Positions 24,738-38,557 of a stretch of DNA of 64,000 nucleotides are shown here, in pieces. A program made the position numbers and the translations under genes. A model generated the notes under the pieces. It had not been told where the DNA came from. It saw nothing but the letters and a program-made list of their open reading frames with translations, and ran no database searches. Origin of the DNA: Mobula hypostoma (taxonomy: Eukaryota); NCBI RefSeq assembly GCF_963921235.1, contig NC_086097.1:23748001-23812000 (forward strand), given 5' to 3'. Positions within the stretch are counted from its first letter, which is position 1. Every line of letters begins with the position of its first letter.

Positions 24738-25053
24738 GTAAAGGCATCCGTTAGTCTTGCGAGACCATGGATCTGCGCCTGGAAAGTCTTCACTCTCCAG
24801 GGCACAGGCCTAGGCAAGGTTATATGGAAGACTGGCAGTTTCCCATGCTGCAAGTCTCCCGTCTCCATGACACCGATGTTGTCCAAGGGAAGGGCATTAG
24901 GACCCATACGGCTTGGCACCAGTGTCGTCGCAGAGCACTGTGTGATTAAGTGCCTTGCTCAAGGACACAACATGCTTCCTCAGCTGGGGCTCGAACTCAC
25001 GACCTTCAGATCGCTAGTCGAACACCTTAACCACTTGGCCACGTGCCCAAACA
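24738..25053 (-). mobile_element. Full-length tRNA-headed SINE with RTE-associated tail
   Basis: Perfect 12-bp TSD AAAGTACATATA (24726-24737, 25054-25065); A box TGGCCAAGTGG, B box GAGTTCGAGCC on minus. Confidence 0.9.
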
Positions 25054-25399
25054 AAAGTACATATATGTCACCATATATTACCCTGAGATTCATCTTTGAT
25101 GCACATGTGACAAGTAAAGCTAATCTTTTAGTCTTTAAATCTTTTGCCTCTGAAGTTTGACATTAGAATATTTACTTGCTAGCTTTCTGGCAGAATGATT
25201 GAATGCCACACTTCCTTCATGAAATCATTGTTACTGAAGTCTCTCAGTGTTTGATATCAGCACAGAGGAAATCCCAGCATATGCTGAGGATTTTGGGGCA
25301 AGTTTATACAAGGTCAGCATTGACCCCCACCTTCTTCACAGTTGGTTGTGAAGTCCAGGCAGCATAGGTTGCCAGTCCTCCCACCGCATAATCTAAACC

Positions 25400-25733
25400 A
25401 ACACTTCAATGCAAGGCTGCCTTCTGTTAAATGGGGTAATAAATCTAAAAAGACTGTAGATGTCCCAACTCCTCTCCCTCGTGCTTAACAAAGAAAAGCA
25501 CAGAATCCTCCTGGCACTCATCTCAATCTACTTCCCCCCACTATCAAATGAATCTCCACCAACTCAAGAAATTAAATCAGTTATTTATCCTGCTTTGAAA
25601 ATTGTTGGCTACAACATTTTGCCGTGTTTGGCCCACATCTGAGTCACTGTGCTCTGTAATTCATTCTGTGTGAAAACCTTTGGGAAGTCATTGAAAGGTG
25701 TGATAAGACATTAAATAAACGCAGGTCCTCTTT
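25400..25733 (+). mobile_element. Ancient Deu-domain / SacSINE1-like SINE relic
   Basis: 3' end TCATT..TGTGAAAACCTTTGGG...TGATAAGACATTAAATAAACGCAGG resembles the L2-type tail of shark Deu-SINEs. Confidence 0.5.
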
Positions 25734-26151
25734 GCTCCCGTTTTTATTGCTGTGCTGAACCATCGTGGAAATTACCTGTCAGTTAGTCCAATCAGAGCCA
25801 CAGCCAATTCCAATTCGATTCCAACCATCGGGGCAAATGGATAGCCAGTGTCAATGACGCTGTGCTCTGCTTGGTCCCACTTTCGTGCGGCTGGACTGTG
25901 GACTAATCAGTATTTATCTTTATTCCTCACCCCTGCTAAGCGGTGAGCTGAGGTGCACAATTTAAACGCTTTCATCTTGTGGGCCATTGCACACCCATTT
26001 GTAAGAACATTGAGCATCGCAAGAGAACCAGAGCATATTTCTGGATGATAGTATTAAAGTACGTATTGAAAACCTAGTAAGCGTTGGTCAGGTTGGCCTT
26101 GTTAGGGATGGTTATTCCTCAACGAGTGCAGTGAACAAAGTGATGGGGAAG

Positions 26152-26408
26152 TGGGGTGACATTAGTATAGTGATTAGCATTACCCTATTGCAGCGCTAGC
26201 AATCCAGGTTCAATTCCTACCTCTGTCTGTGAGGAGTTTATACGTTCACCCCATGGCCTAGTGGGTATCCTCCAGCAGGTCAAGTTTCCTCCCACATTCC
26301 AAAGATATATGGGTTAGTAGGTTAATTGGTCATATGGGTGTCATTGGATGGCATGGACTCATTGGGCCGGGAGGTCCTGTTAGCACACTCTATCTCTCAA
26401 AAAATAAA
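26152..26408 (+). mobile_element. V-SINE
   Basis: GGTTCAATTCC B box, V-domain, AATAAA tail. Confidence 0.75.
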
Positions 26409-28561
26409 AAGTCATGCAATTTGTAATTAAAGGGGGAAGTGCTAATATTTCTGAGGCACTGAGCAGAAATCAAAGTTCAAAGTAAATTTATTATCGAAGT
26501 AAGTATATGTCACCATATGCTACCCTGAGATTTATTTTCTTGCAGGCATTCACAGCAGATACAAAGAAACACAATTGAATCAATGAAAAACTACACACAA
26601 AAAGACTGACAAGCAATAAATGTGCAAAATAAGACAAACTGAGCCAATACAAAATAATCAAACAATAACAACATAATAATAAATAAACAAACAAATAAAT
26701 AAATAACACTGAGAACACGAGTTGCTGAGTTCTCAAAAGTGAGTCCATGGGTTGTTGAATCAGTTGAGTGATGAGGAGAGGTGTGGCACCACAGAAGAAA
26801 CACTGTGAGGTTTCATTTCCCACCTGTGCCCATGTGAAATGAGATGTCCAAAACAATACAGACAAGAAAAGAAGAACATCTTGCATTTATAAAGAACTTT
26901 GAACAGGAGCGTCAGATAATTGTACAGCCAGTGGTATACTCTCCACAAAAGTTCCTTTAATGCACACCTGGACCATAGCCTTCCATGTACTTATCCAAAC
27001 CTCTCAAATATTGCAATTGAACCTGCATCCACCACTTCTGCTGGCAGCTCATTCGCTGCAGGTCAGGTCAGGTCGCATTGATGGAAAGGAACAAAGAGTT
27101 GATGCCACAGATATTTAAAACACCAGAGATTCTGCAGATGCTGGAATTCTAGAGTATCATATGCAAAATGTAAGAGGAACTCAGCAGGTCAGGCAGCATC
27201 TGAGGAGGAAACTGTAGAATCAACATTTTGGGCTGAGACCCTTCATCGGCACTGGGAAGGGTCTCATACTGGAAGTAGGATTGAAATTGGAACTGGAGTT
27301 AGAATTGCTTTATTATTGTCACAGAGGTACCATGAAAAACTTACCTTGCATACTGCTCATACAGATTAAATCATTACACAGAGCATTGAGCTAGAACAAG
27401 ATAAACCAATATCAATGCAGAATGAAGTGTGACAGCTACAGGGAAAGTGTAGCGTTGGTCATGATTGTCATTACTGATCTTTCGAAAAAATAATTTCAAG
27501 AACTACTGCTGTTTTCATTCTAGATTTACTCCACTACTTGTACTTAAATTCTCAAGATTTGGATTTCAGTCTCTACTTCAATATTCTAGGATCCTAGTTG
27601 TTAGTATCATAATTAAATTGGAAAAAAAATTGCCCAAACAAGAAATGTATTTCTGGTCATTATCTGCAATTTAAATGTTATGTTATTCTGTCACTAGATT
27701 GAGCTTATAACCTGTATTCTTCCCTCTCCTGCCTTCCTTCCTGTCCCCACAGTTTGCGATACTTCCTTCTGTCCTTGCATACTCCTGCACTCAGAAAATT
27801 CTACACCTAAGCACTCCCATCTTGGTGAATGGTAAACTTCCTCAAAACCTGACTCCATGGCCACCAGTTTTTGATCGCCTCTTCTAACTATTCTCCAGTT
27901 CCATTGCCAGGTGACTGACTCTCCTCTGGAGAAACTCCTGAGTTGTAAAGGAAGGCAGTACAATGTTGAACATGGGTTAATGCAAACAGTGAAGCAAAGG
28001 GAATATCTGTAATAAGGACTAGTAATGACACTGATAAGGAAGTCTTTTAAGTGTATAATTCTGAACAATGTGGTATGCTGAGTTCTTCCTTTATCTCAGA
28101 TTTCCAGCCTCTGCAGTGTTTGTATTGATTATCTTTCTTAAATAAACATCAGATATTTTCAAAGACGTTTGGCTTTTGTACAAAGTCATGCTTAAACTAT
28201 TAGTTTCAAACATCTAGAGGAACAACTCACCTCCAGGTGATCCTGAGATTCTGGCATGATCAGAACCACAAGCAGAATCAGATTTATTAACATTGTCGAA
28301 TGTTGTGAAATTTGTTGTTTGTGGCAGCAGCACAGTGCAAGACACAAAAAATTACTTTGAGTTACAAAAAGAATATATAAAAAAAATAGAGCAAAAAGAG
28401 AACAAGATAATGAGGTAGCTTTCATGGAGCATTCAGAAATTTGAGAGGTAAAGGTAGAAGTAGTACCAGGGGATCTTCTAAGAAGGGAAAACTGTAATCT
28501 TGGACAGAGCGACATTCTCCAAGTACTGTAATGGGGATCTGCTTGTTTAAATTGCTGAAGT

Positions 28562-29028
28562 ACACTCAGTGCCCACCTCTTGTACCAGATAAAGAGGCCA
28601 CTGAGGGTATGCTCATTCTCATTTGCAGCTGTAGCCCACCCAGTTCAAGGTTTGACGTGTTGTGTGTTCAGAGATGCTCTTCTGCACACCATTATTGCAA
28701 TGAGTGGTTATTTGAATTACTCTCACTTTCCTGTCAGCTTGAACCAGTCTGGCCATTCTCCTCTGACCTCTGTCATTAACAACCCACAGAACTGCTACTC
28801 ACTGGATTTCACTGGAAAGAAGGCCAGCAGATGCTAAGATACTCAAACCACCCCATCTGGCACCAAAAATCTTTCCATGGTCAATGTGGATCACATTCCT
28901 TCCTCATTCTGAACAACAGCTGAACCTTTCGACTATGCCTGCATACTTTATGCATTGATTCACTGTCACTTGCTTGGCTGATCAGATATTAACAAGCAGG
29001 TGTCCTGAGTAAAGTGGCTACTGAGTGT
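28562..29028 (-). mobile_element. Non-autonomous Tc1-like element
   Basis: TIR CACTCAGTGGCCACTTTA-like with TA flanks; antisense transposase HTH remnant (RGQRRMARLVQADRK). Confidence 0.8.
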
Positions 29029-30436
29029 ATGGCTGGAACACTTGATACAAAGCTATGCGGTTTACATTATATATAAGAGAACATAAACCAATAATGTGAC
29101 AACAAGTAACTTTGGTGATAATTCAGCTGAATTAATATGATAGTCCAGGTCCATCTTTTTTTAAATTGAGTTACAGCCCTTCAAGTGCCCTTCCGGCCCT
29201 TTAAACTGAGCAATCACCAGATTTAATCCGAGCCTAATCATGGGACAATTTACTATGACCAATTAACCTATCAACTGCATTATAGTCGTGGATCAGCTCT
29301 ATCGTCCCTCCTGTCTGAACAAATCTGAGACAAATTAATTTTATATCAATGAAATACGAATACAGCTCAGTACAGTGGCACAGCTAGTGCTAAAATAAGC
29401 TTGATAAATCATATGTACTTGGAAACGTTGAAAGACTCAGTGAAATGCATTGTTTACATCAATGAACTACACAGCCCGGGGACGTGCTGGGGGCAGCCCA
29501 CAAGTGTTGCCATGCCTCTGCCACCACCGTAACATAGCATACCCACAACTTACTAACCCTACCTGTACGTCTTTGGAATGTGGGCGGAAACCTGTGCACA
29601 GGAGTGCAGTTGCTCCTTTGCAGCACTCGTAGACGTGGCCTTGGTGCCTCCGTTGTGGGGTCTTCAGCTTCTCCCTAAGTCTATGTGAGTTTCCAGCAGG
29701 TACTCCATTTCCCTCCCATGTTCCAAAGACATGGATGAACTGGTGACTGTGAATTGTCCCCAGTGTGTGGAGAGATCGGTGTATAGAATCTGCGCGGTGG
29801 GGGGGTGATGCTGAGAATATGGGGAAATTATTTTTAAAAAGTGTGATAACGGAGTGTAAACGTGTGGCAGATTTGTGTTGCGACAGACTAGTACATTTCA
29901 AGATCTATGTGAGTTGCATTAGAAGGGTCATTTCTTTCTCCAAAAACAGTTGTCACCATCGCCAACAAGAAAGTACAAATGCGTCAGCATTCGCCTCACC
30001 AGCTTCAAGAACAGTTACTACGCCTCCATCATCAGGCTCTTAAACAAAACTGGATACCTAGACTCACTCTATTTCTGGTGGTCCCACAACCAATGATCTC
30101 ACTTTAGGGTCTCTTTATCATTCATTCTCCCATTATATTTTGTTATTTATTTATATTTGCATTTGCACAGTCTGTTGTTCATTTGTCCTGTTTACAGTTA
30201 CTGTTCTATAGATGTGCTGAGTATGCCCGCAGGAAAAAGAATCTCAGGGTAGTATGTGGTAATGTGTATGCACTCTGATAATAAGCTTTACGTCGAACTT
30301 TGAACTTTGTTTGTCACAACAGATTAAAGTCCTGGTTAAAGAATAGTTCTCCTCCAATCCTCCCCATGCTAGATTACAAAGGATTTGATGGATTCCTTTG
30401 GTTTGTGCCTTCAAATGCAGCACCTTCTGAGCAGCA

Positions 30437-30662
30437 TAACACACATAAAACGCTGGAGAAACTCTGCAGGTCAGGAAGCATCAATGGAAAGGAATATGAA
30501 GAGTCAACATTTTGGGCCAAAACACTTCATCAGGACTCAAGGCTCTCGACCTGAAATGTCAACTCTTTATTCCTCTCCATTGCTGCTGCTTGACCTGCTG
30601 AGAACCTCCAGCATTTTGTGCATGTTACTCCAGATATCCAGTACCTGCACAATCTCTTGTGT
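30437..30662. mobile_element. Fold-back pair of Penelope-end repeats joined at their hammerhead motifs
   Basis: TTTTGGGCCAAAACACTTCATCAGGACT abuts AAGGCTCTCGACCTGAAATGTCAACT; the flanking arms are reverse complements. Confidence 0.75.
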
Positions 30663-31014
30663 TCCCCTTCTGAGCTGAATAGATGAAGTGAGAAGTGTTG
30701 AGGTCAGTTCAGCTGGATAAATTGCCTGCAGTGGAAACCAGTAGAAAGTTGTTATGTCAGACTTTTCTGTATTTTGCATGAACTGTAGCTTGCCACATCA
30801 AAGTATTATTCCCATTTGTATTGTTAATACCAACTGCTGTGGACTAAATGTTTAATTTATGATGATTTGATTGCTTAGTTGGTAGAGGTAGGCAATAAAT
30901 TATCTGAAAAAAAGCACGGGACCATGTGCAATTCTTGCGCTGAAAAGGCAGCTTTACTCAAATTAGCTGTCAAGAAGCATAAAAAGATATGCATTTATTT
31001 AGCATTTTATGATG

Positions 31015-31345
31015 TAAGACTATATGACCAGAAGATATAGGAGCATTAGTCTATTGACCCATCAAGTCTTCTCTGCCATTCTATCATGACTGATTTATTG
31101 TCCCTCTCAACCAGTTCTCCTATCTTCTCCCCATGATCTTAGACACCTTTATTAATCAATAAAATACCAAACTCCACTTTCAACATGCCAAATGACTTGG
31201 CCTTCGCAGCTGTCTGTGAATTCCACAGATTCACCACCCTCTGGCTAAGTTCTCTATTCTAAAGGGACGTCCCAGTATTGTGAGACTGTGCCCTCTGGCC
31301 CAAGGTTCTCCATCTGTCCGAAACTCCCATTATCTCTCAGAAGCT
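31015..31345 (-). mobile_element. CR1 3' end
   Basis: Antisense CR1 terminal motifs (TTCCACAGATTCACCACCCTCTGGCTAA). Confidence 0.75.
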
Positions 31346-31383
31346 TCCCAAAAGAAAGTCTGCAATAATGTCCTTTCACTATT

Positions 31384-32220
31384 AGAATCAGAATCAAGTT
31401 TAATATCACTGACATACCTGCAAATTGTGAAATTTGCAGCAGTACATTGCAATACAATAATAACAAAAACTATAAATTCAAATGAGAAGAATATATCAAA
31501 AAAAAGAAAATTAAATAAATTAAGTAGTGAAAATGATGAAAAAATACTGAGGTAGTATTCGTAAGTTCATTGACCATTTAGAAATTTGATGGTGGAGGGG
31601 CATAATCTGTTCCTGAAATGCTGAGTGTATGATTTCAGGCCCCTATACCTCTTCCTTGATGGTAACAATGAGAATAGGGCATGTTCTGGGTGATGGGAGT
31701 CCTTAATAATGGATGCCGCCTCTTTGAAGCATTGCCTTTTAAGATGTCCTCAATGTTGGGAAGGCTAATGCCCATAATAGAGCTGGCTGAGTTTACAACA
31801 TTCTGCTGCTTCATCCTATCATTTTCAGTGTCCTCTCCATAGCAGACAGTGATGCAACCAGTTAGAATGGTCTCTACAGTATATCTATAAAAAGTTGTGA
31901 GTGTCTTTGACGGCATACTAAATCTCCTCAAACTCTTTATGAAATTCAGCCACTGTCTTGCCTTTTTTCAATTTGCATCAGTATGTTAGGCCCAGGATAG
32001 ATCCTCCAAGAGGTTGATACCCATGAACTTAAAACAGCTCACCCTTTCCACTTCTGAGCCTTTGATGATGAGTGGTGTGTGTCCCCTTGAGTTCCTCTTT
32101 CTGAAGTCCACAAATCAGTTCCTTGGTCTTACTGACATTGAGTTACGAGGTCATTGCCGCAACACCACTCAACCAGCTGATCTGTCTCATTCCTGTATGC
32201 CTCCTCATCACCATCCATGT
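31384..32220 (-). mobile_element. Rex1/Babar LINE fragment (RT C-terminus to tail)
   Basis: MRRFSMPSKTLTTFYRYTVETILTGCITVCYG; DGDEEAYRNETDQLVEWC; (TCTGAT)n-like tail. Confidence 0.85.
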
Positions 32221-32359
32221 GCCTGATGAATGGATCAGCTGTCCTTTGAGGTGGACATGGGAAGATGAGTAGTTGAGTGGATTTGTAACGTACAGGATAC
32301 AAAGCACAGACATCAAGGATAGCAGGCACTCAGAAAGAGCAGTGCAATCAGTTTATCAC

Positions 32360-32670
32360 AATATTTTACCAATGTTGACTGAGGGAAACAAATTGACCAG
32401 GAAGCTAGGAAAAACTCTCCTACACTCATTCAACGTCAAAGTAAATTTATTTTTGGTAAGCTGCCCACAAAATATAGCTGGATGTTGCCAGCACCATCTT
32501 GGAAAAAGCACCACGCAAAAGATTTTTCGTGCTCATTTGATTCAGTGAATGCATGCAGTCTCTTATTGGAAAGTGACTAGCACAGATATTCTGCACTCAA
32601 GTACCTGGGGTAAGATGTGAACTCAAAATCTCTTAATTCATAGTTGGACGTGCCATCCACTGGACCGCAG
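32360..32670 (-). mobile_element. Ancient Deu-domain / SacSINE1-like SINE relic
   Basis: TTGACTGAGGGAAACAAATTGACCAGG...AACTCTCCT and tRNA-like head CTCAAGTACCTGGGGTAAGATGTGAACTC. Confidence 0.55.
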
Positions 32671-32694
32671 TTGAGAACACTACTAGAATAAAAA

Positions 32695-33590
32695 TAGAGT
32701 CACAGAGCACTACAGCATAGAAGCAGGCTCTTCAGCCCATCTAGCCTGTGCTGATCTATTATCCCACCTAGTCCCATCGACTTACACTTGGCCTATTGCC
32801 CTCCATACTCCTCTCATCCATGTACTTACCTGAACTTCTCTTAAATTTTGAAATTGAACCTGCATCCACTACTTCTGCTGTGGCAGCTCATTCCAACTTC
32901 CTCCACCTTCTGAGGGAAGAGGTTCTCCTTCATGTTCTCCCTTAAATATCTCACCTTTCACCTTAACCTATGACCTCTGGTTCTGGTCTCATCCAGCCTC
33001 AGTGGGAAAATGCCTACTTGCATTTACCCTATCTTTACCCCTCATAATTCTGTATACCTCTATCAAACCTCCCCTTATTCTCCTACGTACCTGTGTCCTA
33101 ACAGTTTCAACCTTTCTTTATCAGTCGTGGCCTCTAGTGCTGGCAACATCCTAGTGATTTTTTTCTGTTACTCTTTTAACATTATTGATATCTTTCTTTT
33201 AGATAGATGACCAAAACTGCACACATGACTTCAAACTAGGCCTCACCAACATGTTATACAACTTCAACATAATATCCCAACTCCTGCACTTAATACATTG
33301 ATTTTTGCACACCAATGTGCCCAAAGGCTCTCTTTATGACCCTATCTACCTGTGATGCCACTTTCAAGGAAGTAGGGATCTGTACTCCCAGATCCCTGAA
33401 TTCTACCACACTCGTCAGTATCCTACCATTCACCATGCATGTTCTATCCTGGTTTGTCTTCCCAAAGTGCAACATCTCATATTTGTCTGTGGTAAATTCT
33501 ATTTGGCATTTTCCCATTTGGTCTACACCCTGCTGCAAACTTTGATAGCCTTCTTCAATGTCCACAGTGCCACCAAGGAATTCAGTCAAA
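32695..33590 (-). mobile_element. CR1 3' portion (RT C-terminus to tail)
   Basis: ORF 33290..33589: MLHFGKTN...VNGRIL.SVVE.RDLGV.I..SLKVASQVDRV.K.AFG. Confidence 0.85.
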
Positions 33591-34984
33591 ACTTCTGGTA
33601 TGAACTTAACAATCCATTAAGTGGAAAAAGGAATGAAATGGTATGATGGAGGAGTTAGATGTATAAAGGTGTGAGGTATGCCTGACAAGCAGATAAGCAC
33701 TGATGTGATCTACTACCTCAGTCATTGCACTGTAAACACTTCAAACTATATTTTATAATGCTGTTTATGTTGTAAATGCATGCTGGTATTTCTATATTTA
33801 TTCAAGTTTTATTCCATATCTGTACTTTAACCCCTGTGTTTATTCTTTATATAATTCTTAATTCTTTATAATTGTTGAATGGTGTTCTTTGTTGCATGTG
33901 GTGCCAACACACCACTGCAAATTCCTAATATATATAAATATATAAGTCAAATAAAATGATCCTTGAACCTTATGCAGTTGAATGATCTTTGCAGCAAGTT
34001 CCATGTAATCGGGATTTTTAAAAAGGGGGAAATTGGTGTTAAGAGCTGACATTGATCTTCCCTCTTTGGTGCATTATTCTCTTGGAATTTCTTTCTTTGC
34101 CGAAAATGAGAGGCAAAGTAAAATTAATTTAAAACCTATTTGCAAGCAAGCTGAAAGCTGTCAAAGATAGGGAGAAGCATTGAGTTAGCTTAAGGATCTA
34201 TGTAGTCAGTGATAATGAGTGAAATGGAGGTGATGTAAGCGAGACAATGACATGAAATGTAATGATGAGCTGCTTGTAATAGCGAGGTAATGCTCCAACA
34301 TTTCAAATTGGAATTTATTTCTTTTTCTAACGCTATTCATTGAGACAAGGGTGATAATTGTGAGAGTAATTACTGGCAGGGTTGTCCATTTTAAAATGAG
34401 AAAGGAATCAGAGTCGAGCAGGAATGTGGAATAGTTTCCCAGCCAAAATAGTTCACAATACGCTGAGAGCCTCCATTATAGAGGAGTTAGATGAATAGCC
34501 GATTAGTAACAAGTCCACAGGTTATTTTTCAGATTCATTCGGATGTGCCCAGGTGCGCTATAGGAGATCACAGTCCTTGTTTGCTGGGACAGCAGAAATT
34601 GTTCCTGCAGATTCTGGAGGTTGAAAAACATTTGTCTGAATGAGAAAACGATATAAGATCTGCAGGGGATAAATCAGCCATGTATCCACAGTGCTGATCA
34701 CATTCCCAACATTACTATAGTAACTGCTTCAAATGTATTTCGATGGTTGTAAGACCTGTTGGGACCAAGTACAACCATGAAAACTGACATTTTCTCTCTG
34801 CCTTTCCATATGTCGAGAGGTGCTGACGTATGTATAGAGTCAGAGACAGGTTACGTTTTGTCTGTGCAGTTTGTCTCAGTCCCTTGATCTTTCCCCACAC
34901 CCTTTGTCCACTTACCTACTTAAAGTTATTTTTGAATCTTCACCCTCTCAGGGCCTGTGTTCCAATCACAACAACTCTGGGTGT

Positions 34985-35330
34985 CAAACAACCACAAAGT
35001 GCTGGAGGAACTCAGCAAGCCAGATAATATCTATGGAGAGGAATAAAGAGTGGACATTTTGGGCCGTGACACTTTGGCTATATATTCCTTTCATGGTTGC
35101 TGCCTGACCTGCTGAGTTTCTCCAGCATTTTGAGTGTGTTGCTCTAGATTTCCAGCATCTGCAGAATCTTTTGTGTTTATAAAAAATAGTATCCCTAATG
35201 AAGGGTCTCGACCTGAAACATCAGCTGTTATTCCTCTCCATAGATGCTGCCTGACTGGCTGAGTTCCTTGAGCATCTTGTGTGTTTTGCTGTGCATTTCC
35301 AGCATTTTCAAAATCACTTGTCTTTATATC
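34985..35330. mobile_element. Cluster of three Penelope-end repeats (one inverted, two tandem)
   Basis: Degenerate hammerhead CCTAATGAAGGGTCTCGACCTGAAACATC near 35194. Confidence 0.75.
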
Positions 35331-36179
35331 ACTTTGCAATTCCAGCTCTCTTGTCCTGTTGGTTGAAGAGAAATTTGACTATAATGACAATTATAGCCAA
35401 CCAAGTAATGAATGCAGTTTTGAGTGCAATATTTAAGGAAGCTTGGTTAAATACATAGATGTGAGGAGCATGGAAGTAATGTGCATGTGGGGTTTGGTTA
35501 GACTAAGCAGAATTATAGTTCAGGACAGACTAGAAAGCCCAAAAGACTTGTTTCTCAGCTTGTACTGTTTTGTGACTCCATGACTTTTATCATTTGGATG
35601 AAGAGTGACTTAAGGGAGACAGAGGATGTGCTGGCTTCATGCTATTTTGATCCCAGAACTACCAGGTCGATTGGGGCCAGCGCACAGCAGATTTAGAGAG
35701 GATTACTATGGCCACAATGCTGTCAAAGGCCTTTCTTCTGTACGATGTTCTGAAGTTTTTAAGATCGTGTCTGTGCCAATTGCAATTACAAAAACTGAAG
35801 CAGGGTTATTCTCACACCATTTTCCAGAACAAGTTTACCTTTCCGAACTGTTAGTCTGCCTCGTCCCATCAATCCACACTTGGACCAGAGCCCTCAATTG
35901 TTCTTTCATCCATATGCCTATATTCTCTTAAATGTCCACAATGTATCAGCCTCTACCACCACCCCTAGTGTGTGTTCCATGCACCTAGTATTCTCTGTGT
36001 AAAAAATCTACCTCTCGTATCTCTCTAAACCATCCTCTGCTTGAATTTAAAGGGTGTCTTCTGGCACTAGCCATTGCCCACATGAGAAAAAAAACACCAG
36101 TTATCCACTTTATCTATGCATCTTAAAATCTATCAAGTCACCTCTCATCCTTTTCTATTCTAAAGAGAAAAGCCCTAGG

Positions 36180-36460
36180 CAACACTTTCAAAATGCTGGG
36201 GGGACTGAGGAGGCCAGGCTGCATCTATGGAAAATAGTAAACAGTCGATGGTTTTGAGCTGAGATTCTTCATCAGGACCGGAGAAGAACAGTAGAAATCA
36301 GAATAAGTTGAGGGGAGGGGAGGAAGAAGTACAAGGTAGTAGGTGATAGGTGAAACTGGGAGGGGGGAGGGGTGAAGAAAAGAGCTGGGAAGTGGATTGG
36401 TGAAAGAGATAAAGGGCTGGAATAGGGGGAATCTGATCAGAAAGGATAGAAGAACAGAGC
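36180..36460 (-). mobile_element. Penelope 3' UTR fragment
   Basis: Same purine-rich block and CTTCATCAGGAC hammerhead remnant as 1830-2100. Confidence 0.7.
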
Positions 36461-37025
36461 CAGGGACACAAGATTGAAAACTACAGCTTGCTCAATCTTT
36501 CCTCATAAGATATTCCCTCTAATTCAGGCAGCAATCTAGCAAATCTCTGCTTGGTGGCTGTAATATATTCTAATAATGTGTAAAGGATACCTACCTGTCT
36601 GTTTCTGATAATCTCAAATCTATACACAACACCAGCCATCACATTCATTCCATCAGTGAACATGATTATTTCCTGCTATCTGCTGAAGGACCTGCTTAAT
36701 TTTTAAAGCCTCTTTTACATTGTCATTATGTCACTCATTGAAAGAAGCCTCAATGTTTCAAGATAGTTCTTCATTGTGTTGTCATCTCATACATAGTCAT
36801 TTAGTGAATCGTTGCCAATCACATTCCATGCAAAGAAGCTTCCACTCATGTGGTAACCATGTGTGCCAACACTAATCTAGCTCTATTCAGATTGAACATC
36901 ATTTTTGTTTCTTTTTGTCTTTTGTTGTTGTCTTCAAAGTGTAGAAACCTACCTACTTACATTGGATATACAAGAGGCTGTAAGTGCTGGAATCTGGAGC
37001 GACAAACAGTCTGCTGGAGAAGCTC

Positions 37026-37820
37026 ACCATATAACCATATAACAATTACAGCACGGAAACAGGCCATCTCGGCCCTTCTAGTCCGTGCCAAACTCTTACT
37101 CTCACCTAGTCCCACTGACCTGCACTCAGCCCATAACCCTCCATTCCTTTCCTGTCCATATATCTATCCAATTTAACTTTAAACAACAACATCGAACCTG
37201 CCTCAACCACTTCTGCTGGAAGCTCATTCCACACAGCTACCACTCTCTAAGTAAAGAAATTCCCCGTCATGTTACCCCTAAACTTTTGTCCTTTAACTCT
37301 CAACTCATGTCCTCTTGTTTGAATCTTCCCCACTCTCAATGGAAAAAGCCTATCCACGTCAACTCTATCAATCCCCCTCATAACTTTAAACACCTCATTC
37401 AAGTCCCCCCTCAACCTTCTACGCTCCAAAGAATAAAGACCTAACTTGTTCAACCTTTCTCTGTAACTCAGGAGATGAAACCCAGGCAACATTTTAGTAA
37501 ACCTCCTCTGTACTCTCTCAATTTTATTGACATCTTTCCTATAATTCAGTGACCAGAACTGTACACAGTACTCCAAATTTGGCCTTACCAATGCCTTATA
37601 CAATTTCGACATTACATCCCAACTCCTATACTCAATGCTCTGATTAATGAAGGCCAGCATACCAAAAGCTTTCTTCACCACCCTATCCACATGAGATTCC
37701 ACCTTCAGGGAACTATGCACCATTATTCCTAGATCCCTCTGTTCTACTGCATTCTTCAATGCCCTACCATTTACCATGTATGTCCTATTTTGATTAGTCC
37801 TACCAAAATGTAGCACCTCG
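37026..37820 (-). mobile_element. Young 5'-truncated CR1
   Basis: Open 189-aa ORF2 C-terminus (37247..37816: LVRPNLEYCVQFWS, LGLYSLERRRLRGDL); repeat tail at 37026-37045. Confidence 0.9.
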
Positions 37821-38039
37821 TAGCACCACCGAGCATGTCAACTTTCCTCTGTGGGAGGAAGGGAATTGCCAACCATTTCGGCTTGCAACCCCACATCGGG
37901 ATGCAGGCTGCAAAATTTGTACTTGCACAATGCCTATTCCTGAAGTAGGGTTTTGACCCAAAACTGCAGCAGTTCCTTCCCTCCTATAGATGCTGCTTGA
38001 ACGCTGAGTTCCTCCATCAGATCTTATTGATTTTGTCTT

Positions 38040-38282
38040 ATTTAGAGCATAGTGACAGGCCCTTCCAGCCCAGCAAACTCCTTCCACCCAATTGTACCCA
38101 TGTGACCAATTAACCTACTAACTCGTGCATCTCTGGAAAGTGGGAGGAAACTGGCGTACTCGAGGAGAACTCGTGCTGTCATGGGGAGAACATACAAGTT
38201 CCTTACAGACAGGAATGGAGTTGAACCCAGGTTGCGGGCGCTATAATACCATGACGCTATCTGCTGTGCGTTACCATATCAT
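38040..38282 (-). mobile_element. V-SINE
   Basis: Antisense V-domain GTGGGAGGAAACTGG and B box TTGAACCC. Confidence 0.7.
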
Positions 38283-38557
38283 CCCAAACATCAGAGACTC
38301 TGGCTTATTTACACATTTCCAATTCTTAGAAACAGTATAACATAGAACATGCCCTTTGGCCTGGGATCTTTTAACCTGCTCTAAGATTAATCTAACCCTT
38401 CTCTCCCATGTAGTCCTCCAATTTTCTGTCATCATTGGCCTGTATAAGAGTTTCTTAAATGCCCCTAATGTATCTGCCTCTACTCCAATCTCTAGCAGGG
38501 TGTTCCATGGATCCATCACTCCTGTGAAAAAGCATACCTCTGACATCCCCCCTCTAG

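Noticed and set aside
24985..25048. tRNA gene
   Set aside because: The A/B boxes belong to a SINE head inside a TSD-flanked element; no full cloverleaf
26491..26886. 131-aa ORF starting with a signal-peptide-like MQDVLLFLSVLFWTSHFTWAQ and hydrophobic stretches
   Set aside because: Most of it lies in a T-rich Rex-type 3' UTR and its start overlaps a SINE-tail relic, so the hydrophobicity is compositional
27694..28068. Possible coding exon or 124-aa ORF
   Set aside because: It overlaps what looks like an old L2-type 3' end (CTTCCTCAAAACCT...TTTTGATCGCCT) and gives no recognisable protein
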